A stretch of 64,000 bases of DNA, taken from NCBI GenBank assembly GCA_045606105.1, contig JAZURI010000002.1:160001-224000 (forward strand). Reading direction: 5' to 3'. Source of the DNA: Spirochaetia bacterium. Its GTDB lineage: Bacteria > Spirochaetota > Spirochaetia > CADAEX01. Below are positions 48,930 to 58,433 of this stretch, one piece after another. The notes beneath the pieces are model-generated. The model was not told the DNA's origin. It saw only the letters and a program-made list of their open reading frames with translations, and ran no database searches. The position numbers were made by a program, and so were the translations under genes. Positions within the stretch are counted from its first letter, which is position 1. The number at the start of each line of letters is the position of its first letter.

Positions 48930-50888
48930 CTACATCAGATTTACCGGATCCACATCCGATTCCATATATACACCGAAAGGGGTCCTGAACTGACCGGCCA
49001 GTGAGGCAAGTATACTGTGGGAGCAGGAAAAATCCGAAGTGTTTACTATTATCTGATAACGATGATTATCGGACAGAACAGCAATAGGGGCTTCAGCCGG
49101 TCCCATTACATTGAAAAGACCTGACGATGAGGCTTTTAACCGGCCGGCAAACTCAGCAGCTGCATTACAGGCCTTTTCCCTGTCCCTGCTCCTGAAAACA
49201 AACCTGAAAAGCCTGGAAAAAGGGGGAAAACCCATTCCCTGCCTGAAACTCAGCTCTCTGGAATAAAAACCCTCTTCATCATTGCGGGCCGCACAGGTTA
49301 TGGCATAATTATCAGGTCTGTAGGTCTGAATTATAACCTTGCCCCCTTCAAAAAAGCGACCTGCTCTTCCCGAAACCTGGGTAAGAAGGGAATAAGTCCG
49401 TTCCGCCGCCCTGAAATCAGGCATCTGCAGCGTGGTATCAGCCAGGATTATCCCCACCAACGATACCGAAGGAAAGTTGAAGCCCTTGGCTACCATCTGG
49501 GTTCCCAGAAGGATATCGGCCTCCTTACGGGCAAAGGCAGACAGCACCGCTCCTGTCTTTTCCTTGTCTGTGGCCGTATCGCTGTCCAGACGAAGAATTT
49601 TCATGTAAGGAAAAAGATTTCTTATATCCTCCTCTGTCTTTTCCGTTCCGAAGCCGCTGTATCCCACATCAAGACCTCCGCATCCGGGACAGACCCTGGA
49701 TGGAGATACGGAATAGCCGCAGTAATGACAGATAAGAAGATTTCTGCTTCTGTGATAGGTAAGAGGAACCGAGCAATGGGTGCATTTCATTTCAAAACCG
49801 CAGTTCTGACAGGAAAAATTATAGAAAAATCCCCTTCTGTTAAGGAAAAGAATGGTCTGTTTTCCCTGAGAATAGGCATTGTAGATTTCATTTTTCAGAA
49901 CCGCAGAAATGGATGAGGTCTGTCTGTTCATGTCCACTATGCTGATTTCAGGCATGACACCGCCGGAAACCCTGCAGGGAAGCTCCAGATGAGTCAGAAT
50001 TCCCTTTTTCATCAGATAATATGCTTCCACCGACGGGGTTGCACTTCCCATCAGCACCTTTGCATTCTCCCTTTTTGCCCTGTACATTGCCACCTGGCGG
50101 GCATGGTACCGGGGAGAAGAGCCCGATTTATAGGAGTTTTCATGCTCCTCATCTATGATCACAAGCCCCAGATTCCTTACCGGAGCAAAAACCGCACTTC
50201 TGGCACCGATGACAAACCTTGCCTCACCCCGCTGTATAAGCTTCCATTGCTTGAGCCGCATTGAAGGGGTAAGGGCTGAATGAAGCACCGCCACCGCAGA
50301 GCCGAACCTTTTTTTCACCGCATCCAGCATCTGGTGCGACAGGGCTATTTCAGGTACAAGATAAATAATACCTCTCCCCTGAGCCATAAGTCTTTCGGCA
50401 AGGGTGAAAAAGACCTCTGTCTTTCCGCTGCCTGTAACACCGTGAAGGTAAAAAAGGGACTCATTCCCTTCACTGACCCTGAGAACGGCTTTTTCCTGAG
50501 CTTCTGTCAGGGTATGCCCCTCTGAAAAGCCGTAATCTGCGGCCGGCTCATCCTCCAGCTCCTTTTCCTTTTTTCCTCCGGGAAGAATGGCATGAAGCGC
50601 CTCTCCCCAGCCGCACATATACATGTCCCCCATCCAGAGGGCCATCTGCCAGCAGGAAGAATCGAAAAGTGGTTCCGTTTCCATTATCCTGGATATTTTT
50701 TTCAGTTCAAAGGAGGGGTTAGGATTTTCTGACAGGATATCCACCACATAGCCCTGCATTTCCCGCCGGCCGAAAGGGACCTTGACACGCATGCCGATAC
50801 CGCACTCCCCCTTTTCGCAGGGAAGATAGGTAAAGACCTGTCTCAATGGGAGATTCAATGCTACCTGTATGAATTTTCCGTCACTCAT
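48930..50888 (-). CDS. priA: Replication restart helicase PriA
   Basis: GVTGSGKTE, IIDEEHE, LNRRG, four CxxC pairs, GTQMVAKG and QVSGRAGR motifs. Confidence 0.97.
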   Translation of the reverse strand: MSDGKFIQVALNLPLRQVFTYLPCEKGECGIGMRVKVPFGRREMQGYVVDILSENPNPSFELKKISRIMETEPLFDSSCWQMALWMGDMYMCGWGEALHAILPGGKKEKELEDEPAADYGFSEGHTLTEAQEKAVLRVSEGNESLFYLHGVTGSGKTEVFFTLAERLMAQGRGIIYLVPEIALSHQMLDAVKKRFGSAVAVLHSALTPSMRLKQWKLIQRGEARFVIGARSAVFAPVRNLGLVIIDEEHENSYKSGSSPRYHARQVAMYRAKRENAKVLMGSATPSVEAYYLMKKGILTHLELPCRVSGGVMPEISIVDMNRQTSSISAVLKNEIYNAYSQGKQTILFLNRRGFFYNFSCQNCGFEMKCTHCSVPLTYHRSRNLLICHYCGYSVSPSRVCPGCGGLDVGYSGFGTEKTEEDIRNLFPYMKILRLDSDTATDKEKTGAVLSAFARKEADILLGTQMVAKGFNFPSVSLVGIILADTTLQMPDFRAAERTYSLLTQVSGRAGRFFEGGKVIIQTYRPDNYAITCAARNDEEGFYSRELSFRQGMGFPPFSRLFRFVFRSRDREKACNAAAEFAGRLKASSSGLFNVMGPAEAPIAVLSDNHRYQIIVNTSDFSCSHSILASLAGQFRTPFGVYMESDVDPVNLM

Positions 50889-51570
50889 TCTTTAATTTTT
50901 CCAGCTCTTCCTTAAGCCTTTTAAGATCGTCCCAGACTGCTCTCCTGAGAGAGGGATCTCTGAGGACACCGCTGGGATGATAGGTCGGAATCAGCGGAAT
51001 ACCGTTGAACCGGTATGTCCTTCCCCTGAGTCTTCCCAGAGGAGATTCATCTCCTATAAGGGTCTGTGCCGCAATTCTCCCTACCGTCAGTATCATCCTG
51101 GGTCTGAGAATTTCAATCTGTCTTCTGAGGAAAGGGATACAGACCTCTATTTCATCAGGCCGGGGATCCCTGTTTCCCGGAGGACGGCATTTAACCACAT
51201 TTGCAATAAAGCAATCCCTGTGCCGGCTCATTCCTATGGCATCCAGCCACTTGTCCAGATACTGCCCTGCCTTGCCCACAAACGGAATACCGCTGACATC
51301 CTCGTCTGCACCCGGCCCTTCGCCTACCACCAGCAGATCAGGCCGTTCAACACCGAAGCCTGGTACCGCCTTTATTCTCCTTTCACAGAGTCTGCATCCT
51401 GTGCAGGCTGAAACCTCCCCGGCCACCGCATCAAGGGAGTCATTCATTTTCTCCGCACTACTGCACTTCAGCATCACCGGAGAAAGGGGACGGTTCATGC
51501 TCCTTCCGTATTTTACAATATCCTCAAAATCATTTATAAGCTTCCAGTATTCGTTATCAAAATCAGTCAT
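50881..51570 (-). CDS. Uracil-DNA glycosylase family 4
   Basis: CTGCRL, VGEGPGADED..G.PFVG.AG, NVVKCRPPGNR and TYHPS motifs. Confidence 0.94.
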   Translation of the reverse strand: MTDFDNEYWKLINDFEDIVKYGRSMNRPLSPVMLKCSSAEKMNDSLDAVAGEVSACTGCRLCERRIKAVPGFGVERPDLLVVGEGPGADEDVSGIPFVGKAGQYLDKWLDAIGMSRHRDCFIANVVKCRPPGNRDPRPDEIEVCIPFLRRQIEILRPRMILTVGRIAAQTLIGDESPLGRLRGRTYRFNGIPLIPTYHPSGVLRDPSLRRAVWDDLKRLKEELEKLKNE

Positions 51571-52300
51571 ATATCACCCTGTCGAGAAAAAGCCCCCTGG
51601 CTGCGGCACAGGCTCCGGCACAATCCCTGTTACGGGCCTCCAGTATCCGGCTCATGTCATCGGAGGAAAGCCCCTTGTTGTACAGCTCCAGCACGGTTCC
51701 CACTATGGAACGGACCATCCTCCGGAGAAATCCGTCGGCCGATACCTTGAACACGGTATAACCGCGGCTCTGGTAAAAAACTGCCGATTTTATGGTTCTG
51801 GACATGGGATAACCCTCCTCCATCACGGAAGAAAAGGAGGTAAAATCATGATATCCCACCAGAGGTGCCACTATTTCATTAAGACGGTTCAGGTCCGGAT
51901 TTTCCTTTATTCCGAGACAATACCGGGCAAGCCAGGGATAGCACATGGAGTTCGGCAGCATATAGTATTTGTATACACGCTCCACGGCATCGAACCTTGC
52001 ATGAAAGCCTTCATCAACCTGTTCGCTTTTTATTATCCTGATATCGCCGGGGAGAAAGGCATTGATGGCATCCCTGTATTTTTCCTGAGGTATCCTCATG
52101 TCGGTATAAAAATTGGCACACTGACCGGCAGCATGGACACCGGAATCGGTTCTCCCCGCCCCTGTAATCTTCACCGGAAAACCGTGAAGCTTTTCCAATG
52201 CCTTTTCAAGCCGTTCCTGAACAGTATCCTCGGTGTTCTGAATCTGCCAGCCGCAGTAGTTGGTTCCGTCATAGGCTATAGTAAGCTTTATGTTTGACAC
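51563..52300 (-). CDS. truA: tRNA pseudouridine(38-40) synthase
   Basis: YDGTNYCGWQ, GAGRTDSGVHA, FHARF and FLRRMVR motifs. Confidence 0.97.
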   Translation of the reverse strand: MSNIKLTIAYDGTNYCGWQIQNTEDTVQERLEKALEKLHGFPVKITGAGRTDSGVHAAGQCANFYTDMRIPQEKYRDAINAFLPGDIRIIKSEQVDEGFHARFDAVERVYKYYMLPNSMCYPWLARYCLGIKENPDLNRLNEIVAPLVGYHDFTSFSSVMEEGYPMSRTIKSAVFYQSRGYTVFKVSADGFLRRMVRSIVGTVLELYNKGLSSDDMSRILEARNRDCAGACAAARGLFLDRVIYD

Positions 52301-52301
52301 C

Positions 52302-53261
52302 CTACTCCTCCGCCGGTACCGCTTCTACCGCCTCTATGGTCACAGATACGGAATCGGGAGAAAAATCTATGATATCGACATTTTTTGCAGTTATCACCCT
52401 GAGAGGAACACGGTATATACCCGGCTCCTTAATTCCGCTGACATCTGCGGTAAGCTTCAGGTCTCCGGCCTTTATTCTATCGGCATCTCTTCCGCCGGTC
52501 TCAATCTTGACCACACCCTGGGAAATGACTGAATCTGCGCTCAGGTTGTCGCCGCAGCCCTGAATCTCTATATCAACTGCAGGGAAAGTCTTTGCAGTCC
52601 TGATTCTTGCGATATTGACGGAAAGCATTATGTTCCGGTCCTGGATATCAACAAAGGAATCGGAATTGTCAATCTCGACCACTGTAGTGAAGTTTTCGGT
52701 CTTTCCGTTTATTGAAACAGGCTTGGTCTTGAGTACCTTTATCCTCTGCAGCGATTTTTCAGGCCCCATAGCAGTAACGGTTCCCGGAGTCAGGAAGGAA
52801 CCTGCCAGCTCGTAACCTTCGGCAGGAATACCTATGAACACCGGCTCCAGAGCCAGTCTCTTCATCTTCTTTTCCTCATAGAAAACAGAAATCTTCAGAG
52901 GCTCCACATTTATTTCAAGAGGAGACATATAGAGAGCATTACCCTGTCTTTCAACCTTTACAGCCCTTTCGTAGGAGCCCTCCTCTGTTACATCACGGAA
53001 ATCGGCATAGACATTGATATCATCGCTGATGATGGAATATATGTCATCCCTGTTTCCCTTGAGAGAAATCTTTATGTTCTTAGGAATGTTGTCAACTGTA
53101 ACAAAGCCCTCCGGAGAAAGCACCCTGAACGGTACACGGAGATAACGCTCCTCGATTATGCTCTGCTTGTAGAAAAGGGAGAAAATAACTGCAATGGCCA
53201 GGGAAATAAGCTTTGCTGTCCAGTTTTTTACAAAGAAATTTCTTATCTTGTTGATTTTCAT
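52302..53261 (-). CDS. cdaR: YbbR/CdaR family regulator of diadenylate cyclase
   Basis: NWTAKLISLAIA TM; three YbbR-like repeats; follows dacA. Confidence 0.88.
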   Translation of the reverse strand: MKINKIRNFFVKNWTAKLISLAIAVIFSLFYKQSIIEERYLRVPFRVLSPEGFVTVDNIPKNIKISLKGNRDDIYSIISDDINVYADFRDVTEEGSYERAVKVERQGNALYMSPLEINVEPLKISVFYEEKKMKRLALEPVFIGIPAEGYELAGSFLTPGTVTAMGPEKSLQRIKVLKTKPVSINGKTENFTTVVEIDNSDSFVDIQDRNIMLSVNIARIRTAKTFPAVDIEIQGCGDNLSADSVISQGVVKIETGGRDADRIKAGDLKLTADVSGIKEPGIYRVPLRVITAKNVDIIDFSPDSVSVTIEAVEAVPAEE

Positions 53262-54052
53262 TCGTTGTCAGCCTCCTCGTCCGCAAGCTCCGGATTGCCG
53301 AGAACCACAAGACTGTTCAGCCTGCTCTTCAATTCCTCCTCCGGGAGGTTGTAATAGAGATTGGAGTTGTAGGCCAATGAAAGCGCACCTGTCTCCTCCG
53401 AAACCACCAGCACCACGGCATCTGTCTTTTCGGTGATTCCCAGGGCAGCCCTGTGCCTGGTACCGAAGCTTTTCCTGATTCCCTTCTGCTCCGAAAGGGG
53501 AAGAAGACATCCTGCAGAAACGATTTTCTTGCCGGAAATTATGGCTGCACCGTCATGGAGGGCGGTATCCTTTCCGAAAATGGTTATGATGAGACTCGAT
53601 GAGATATCGGCATTGATAACTGTTCCCGAATCGATGAAGTTCCTGAGATTTGCCTGGCGCTCGAAAACTAGGAGACATCCTCTTTTCATGGTGGAAAGAA
53701 TCTGGGCCGCACTGATGATGGTCTCAACCTCGGTACCGATGATCCTGCGCCGTCCGCTGAACATACGGCTCTGTCCCACCTTCAGGAAGAAGCTTTTGAT
53801 TTCCTGCTGGAATACTATGGCCATGATTATGATGAAGCCGTTGGCCAGCTTGTTGAGAAGCCAGAGCATGGTTTCAAGCCGGAGCATGAAGGCAAAGGCA
53901 TAGAGAGTCAGAATGGCAACTATACCCTTTATTACAGGGAGAACCTTGTTCTGAAGAAGTATCTTGTAAATCTGGTAGATTATGAAAGAAAGAAGGAAAA
54001 TATCCAGAACAGGACGGAAATATGTGAGATACATATCATATAAATTTTCCAA
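53258..54052 (-). CDS. dacA: Diadenylate cyclase CdaA/DacA
   Basis: Three TM segments; LHDGA, GTRHRAALG and VVSEETG motifs. Confidence 0.96.
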   Translation of the reverse strand: MENLYDMYLTYFRPVLDIFLLSFIIYQIYKILLQNKVLPVIKGIVAILTLYAFAFMLRLETMLWLLNKLANGFIIIMAIVFQQEIKSFFLKVGQSRMFSGRRRIIGTEVETIISAAQILSTMKRGCLLVFERQANLRNFIDSGTVINADISSSLIITIFGKDTALHDGAAIISGKKIVSAGCLLPLSEQKGIRKSFGTRHRAALGITEKTDAVVLVVSEETGALSLAYNSNLYYNLPEEELKSRLNSLVVLGNPELADEEADNE

Positions 54053-54054
54053 AG

Positions 54055-54870
54055 CTACCTCCCATGAGCCAGGTCTATGGCTTTCAGCACATTGATTACA
54101 TCCAGGGTCTCCTTCACATCATGAACCCTGAGAACATCGGCTCCCAGACGGCAGGAAGCGGCTGTACAGGCCAGGGTTCCGGCCAGCCGGTCTCCCGTAT
54201 CCCGTCCCGTTATCCTTCCGATAAAGGACTTCCGTGAATATCCCATGAGTACCGGACACCCCAGCCGCTTCAGGTCAGGAATACCTCCGAAAAGGGCTGT
54301 ATTTCCATCCTGGTCCTTGCCGAAACCGATACCGGGATCCAAGGTTATCCTGTCCCGTTCTATTCCGAGCCGCTGAAGTACACCGATCCTCTCCCCAAGG
54401 TAGGAAACCACCTCCTTTACGGTATCGCCTCCCGGAGGGATATTCTCCATGTGCATTAATATAATATCACATTTATATTTTTTTACAATTTCAATTATTG
54501 ATAAATCGTAAGTTAGTGCTGAAATATCATTTATGATGCTGACACCGGCATCCAAGGCCCTTTCCGCCACCGAACCCTTCCTGGTATCCAGGGAAACGGG
54601 AATCCTTACCCTTCTGCATATTTCATCCAGGAGAGGAAAAAGTCTGGACATCTCCTCCTCTGCAGAAATTATTTCCGAGCCCGGTCTGGAGGATTCTCCC
54701 CCTATATCAATTATGTCTGCCCCGGCATGCTCCATTTCGAGAGCCATTTCCACAGCCTTTTCCAAGGAACCGGTACGGCTTCCCGGATAAAAGGAATCGG
54801 GCGTTGCATTTAGAATCCCCATAACCAGGGGACGGTCTGTCTTTCCCCGCAGGGAGCTGATTATTCCCAT
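54055..54870 (-). CDS. folP: Dihydropteroate synthase
   Basis: VMGILNATPDSF, IDIGGESSRPG, DPGIGFGK, SRKSFI and RVHDV motifs. Start moved to MGIISS (54870). Confidence 0.96.
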   Translation of the reverse strand: MGIISSLRGKTDRPLVMGILNATPDSFYPGSRTGSLEKAVEMALEMEHAGADIIDIGGESSRPGSEIISAEEEMSRLFPLLDEICRRVRIPVSLDTRKGSVAERALDAGVSIINDISALTYDLSIIEIVKKYKCDIILMHMENIPPGGDTVKEVVSYLGERIGVLQRLGIERDRITLDPGIGFGKDQDGNTALFGGIPDLKRLGCPVLMGYSRKSFIGRITGRDTGDRLAGTLACTAASCRLGADVLRVHDVKETLDVINVLKAIDLAHGR

Positions 54871-54976
54871 ACATCCATTATAGCAGAACATACGAAAAAA
54901 ACAAAACATAAAGCCTTTTTTTTGCCGATAAAGTTTAACTTGTCTTATATAATCTAATAATGTATAATAAAGATGT
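54871..54976. promoter_or_regulatory. Divergent folP/trkA promoter region
   Basis: Minus strand: extended -10 TGCTATAAT, 6 nt before the folP ATG. Plus strand: TATAAT (54963-54968), 8 nt before the trkA ATG. No SD on either side. Confidence 0.6.
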
Positions 54977-56374
54977 ATGACAGTAGTTATTGTTGGAGCC
55001 GACCGTGTTGGAACCCGGCTGGCAAAAATCCTTATTGAAGAAAAGATGGATGTCATTATCTTTGAGCAGGATCCTGAAAAGGCGGCTGCAGCTTCAGGTG
55101 CTCTGGACTGCCTGGTCCTGAACAAGGACGGAATGAATCCCGATCACCTGAGAGAAGCAAATATAGATAAGGCTGACTACTTTATCTGTCTCACCGGCTC
55201 TGATGAAAGAAACATGATTGCCTGCGGTCTGGTAAACAGGGAATTCGATATCCCGAACAAGATTGCCAGAGTCCACAACATCAATTTCACCCACACCTCC
55301 ATTCTTGAAAAATCATTTCTGGGAATAGATTATATCGTAAACCCTGAGCTGGAGGCGGCAAAGGCCATCATCTCAAAGATTGAGCACGGAGCTACCGGCG
55401 ATATCATGCTTTTCGAGAACAGCATTTTCCAGATCAGAAGCCTTTATGTCTCCAAAGAAAGTATTTTTGCAGGAAAACAGGTAAAGGATATCCGCAGCCT
55501 GGTTCCTATGAAAATCCTTCTTGCCCTTATCATGAAGGAGGACGGATATGTGGTTCCTAAGGGAGATACCCTTATAGAGGAGGGAGATCTTCTTTACATC
55601 ATGGGTACGGAGGAGAATCTTTCCGTCCTTCTGGCCAAGGAAGGAAAAACCCGCGTAGAGCTCAACAAGATGATTATTGTGGGAGGAAATGCCATCTCCA
55701 CCTTCATCTGTGATTATTTCTACAAGAAGGGAAAGATAAACAGAAACAAAAACAATTTCTGGAACATGTGGGCAGGCTCCCAGATAAAGAAAAACATTGC
55801 CATAATCGACAGGGATTATAACCTGTGCAAGGAGCTGGCGGCACGGTTCCCGGAAGCCCTGATACTCAACGAAGATATTTCCGACGAAAATGTACTGGAG
55901 GATGAGGGACTTACCGACGGCGACCTGATAGTAGCAGCCACAAACAACCAGGAGCTGAACATTGTTACGGCCGTCTATGCAAAATCCCTTGGTATAAAGA
56001 AATCTCTGGCCCTGGTAAACAAGACCAGTTATCTCCATATTGCTTCAAGCCTTGGCATTGACGTCCCTGTAAGCCTTAACTACAGTACACTCCAAGGTAT
56101 TCTCAGCTTCATCAGAAGAAAGAATATCAAGAGCTCATATACAATTCCCGAAAGCGATATCGAGGTTGTTCAGATCCAGGTATCGGAAACCAGCATGGTT
56201 GCAGGGATGAAGATTATGGATATTTCCCTGCCATCGCAGACTCTGCTTCTGGCTGTAAGAAGCGGAACAGAGGATATTCTCCCGGGCGGAAATTATGAAA
56301 TCAAGAAGGATGACAACATCATTCTCCTTGTCAAAAAGGACAATATAGAAAAAATACAGTCTATTTTTTCGTGA
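54977..56374 (+). CDS. trkA: Trk potassium uptake protein TrkA
   Basis: Tandem RCK_N/RCK_C pairs; VVIVGADRVG, TGSDERNMIAC and LGIDYIVNPE motifs. Confidence 0.93.
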   Translation: MTVVIVGADRVGTRLAKILIEEKMDVIIFEQDPEKAAAASGALDCLVLNKDGMNPDHLREANIDKADYFICLTGSDERNMIACGLVNREFDIPNKIARVHNINFTHTSILEKSFLGIDYIVNPELEAAKAIISKIEHGATGDIMLFENSIFQIRSLYVSKESIFAGKQVKDIRSLVPMKILLALIMKEDGYVVPKGDTLIEEGDLLYIMGTEENLSVLLAKEGKTRVELNKMIIVGGNAISTFICDYFYKKGKINRNKNNFWNMWAGSQIKKNIAIIDRDYNLCKELAARFPEALILNEDISDENVLEDEGLTDGDLIVAATNNQELNIVTAVYAKSLGIKKSLALVNKTSYLHIASSLGIDVPVSLNYSTLQGILSFIRRKNIKSSYTIPESDIEVVQIQVSETSMVAGMKIMDISLPSQTLLLAVRSGTEDILPGGNYEIKKDDNIILLVKKDNIEKIQSIFS

Positions 56375-57831
56375 AGCAAATGAACTTTAAGCTTATTCTG
56401 AAAATCATTTCTATTATTCTCATGGTGGTGGCGGCAGCGCAGATTCCTTCTTTGCTGTGGGCCTTCTATTTTCAGGAACCGGAGATGATTTTCAATTTCC
56501 TGACCACCATCGGTGCCACCACCGCTGTGGCTCTGGTTATTTTCTTTTTCTGCAGAAATCTGAAAACCAATGTACTTTCCATGAAGGACGGATTTTTTAC
56601 CGTAACACTGCTGTGGATAATATCGGCAGCCGCAGGTGCGGCACCGTTCCTCACAGCCGGTGTAACCGATTCCATGGCAACTGCCTTCTTTGAAACCATG
56701 TCGGGGCTTACCACAACCGGAGCCACCGTATTTTCAGATGTGGAATCCTTCCCGAAAAGCCTTCTTTTCTGGCGCAGCACCACCCATTTCCTGGGAGGTA
56801 TGGGAATAGTTGTTCTTACTGTAGCGGTTTTTCCTCTGATCGGAATCAATACCATAAACATGGTAAAGGCTGAAACCACAGGCCCTTCCGTACAGAAAAT
56901 CATGCCTAAGATTGCGGAAACAGCCAGGGTGCTCTGGTACATATACATGATCCTGACCCTGGGCGAGATACTTCTTCTGAAGGCGGCCGGAATGAGCTGG
57001 TTCGACTCAATGACCCACTCCATGGCCACAATTTCCACCGGAGGATTTTCGGTCAGAAACACAAGTCTCTGCTCATATAACTCACTCCCAATAGACCTGA
57101 TTATAACCTTCTTCATGTTTGCCGGCGGAGTAAACTTTGTCCTCTATTTCAGCCTGATTACAGGAAATACAAAGCTTTTCAGAAACAATTCCGAGTTCAA
57201 GGCATACACAGCCATATTCATAATAGCAGCCCTAAGCATTGCATTCTCCCTTTACAGGGCAGACTGCTACTCACTGGTCGACTCCCTGAGGCACGGAAGC
57301 TTCCAGGCCATATCTGTCATGACCACCACAGGTTTTGCCTCTGCAGACTATCTGCAATGGCCTGATTTTGCACAGATGATGCTTCTTGCCCTCATGTTCT
57401 GCGGAGGTTGTGCCGGATCAACTGCCGGCGGTATCAAGGTAATGAGACATGTAATTGTTTTCAAGCAGTCGCTCTTAGACTTGAAAAGAATACTCAGACC
57501 GAAAGCTGTCTATATTCTCAGGGATAACGATATGACCATAAAGAAAGGTACCATACTGGGTGTTTCAAGCTTCATAATCGTTTATCTGATTATAATAGTA
57601 ATCTCATCCCTGGTAATATCCATGGCAGGTTATGATATGGTTACATCGCTTTCTGCGGCACTGGCCACATTGGGTAACATCGGTCCTAGCTTCGGCATGA
57701 TCGGTCCGATGGAATGCTACAGCTTTTTCGGTGACGGAATGAAATGCTTTCTTTCATTCCTTATGCTGGCAGGAAGACTTGAGCTTTATACAGTACTGCT
57801 TCTTTTTACCGGCGTATTCTGGCGCAGATAA
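56371..57831 (+). CDS. trkH: Trk potassium uptake membrane protein TrkH
   Basis: FETMSGLTTTGAT, STGGFS, TTTGF, GGCAGSTAGGIK, LGNIGP and GRLE motifs. Confidence 0.96.
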   Translation: MKQMNFKLILKIISIILMVVAAAQIPSLLWAFYFQEPEMIFNFLTTIGATTAVALVIFFFCRNLKTNVLSMKDGFFTVTLLWIISAAAGAAPFLTAGVTDSMATAFFETMSGLTTTGATVFSDVESFPKSLLFWRSTTHFLGGMGIVVLTVAVFPLIGINTINMVKAETTGPSVQKIMPKIAETARVLWYIYMILTLGEILLLKAAGMSWFDSMTHSMATISTGGFSVRNTSLCSYNSLPIDLIITFFMFAGGVNFVLYFSLITGNTKLFRNNSEFKAYTAIFIIAALSIAFSLYRADCYSLVDSLRHGSFQAISVMTTTGFASADYLQWPDFAQMMLLALMFCGGCAGSTAGGIKVMRHVIVFKQSLLDLKRILRPKAVYILRDNDMTIKKGTILGVSSFIIVYLIIIVISSLVISMAGYDMVTSLSAALATLGNIGPSFGMIGPMECYSFFGDGMKCFLSFLMLAGRLELYTVLLLFTGVFWRR

Positions 57832-57833
57832 AA

Positions 57834-58433
57834 TTATTTCAACTCAAACCTGATCTCTGCGGTAACGGAGCCTGACACCGCCTTCTCCCCTATTTTTCCG
57901 GGGCTGAAACTCCATTTTCCCACAGCCTTCACAGCGGCATTGTCCAGCAGCTTATATCCGGAGGAGCTGATTATTTCACTTCCCGCAAGCCTCCCCTCCT
58001 CATCGATATTCAGAAGAAGGACAACAGTTCCCGCCAGCCCCTTCTTTACAGCGGCCGGAGGATAAACCGGATCGGGTTTATCCAAAAAAACGGGAGGTGT
58101 ATGGATATCAGGGAGTGATGCTGCTTCCGATACGGCAGCTTCCGGGGGCGACAACACAGCCTCGGCCGACCTGCTGTATACAGCTTCCACTTCCGGGACA
58201 GGGGCCGGAGCCGGCTTTGCCGCAGGAACCGGTATCACGGGAACCTGTACCTTTTCAGGGATAATCTCCCGTTCCGTCCGGACATCCGGGGCTGTGATCC
58301 TCCTTTCCGATATCCTGAACGAGACCCGGGAAGATTCTGTTTTCTCATAGCCATCCATTTCAAAAACCATCCCCAGAACAAGGAGATGAACAGAGAGAGA
58401 AAGAAACAGAATGGCCGGAAAACGCAGTTTCAG
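57834..58433 (-). CDS. tonB: Energy transducer TonB (probable CTG start)
   Basis: C-terminal PVYPPAA...GTVVL...I..SSGY.LLD.AA..AV..W.F.P and Pro-rich linker. The in-frame upstream segment LKLRFPAILFLSLSVHLLVLG supplies the TM with SxxxH. Confidence 0.85.
   Translation of the reverse strand: MKLRFPAILFLSLSVHLLVLGMVFEMDGYEKTESSRVSFRISERRITAPDVRTEREIIPEKVQVPVIPVPAAKPAPAPVPEVEAVYSRSAEAVLSPPEAAVSEAASLPDIHTPPVFLDKPDPVYPPAAVKKGLAGTVVLLLNIDEEGRLAGSEIISSSGYKLLDNAAVKAVGKWSFSPGKIGEKAVSGSVTAEIRFELK

Noticed and set aside
51005-52297. 430-aa + strand ORF
   Set aside because: Antisense to udg and truA, with no domain features.
54871-55125. 85-aa N-terminal extension of FolP (similar over-extended starts for BMP, SPOR protein, RuvA and the PurH N-half)
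   Set aside because: It overlaps the neighbouring gene or promoter; family homology begins at the downstream Met.
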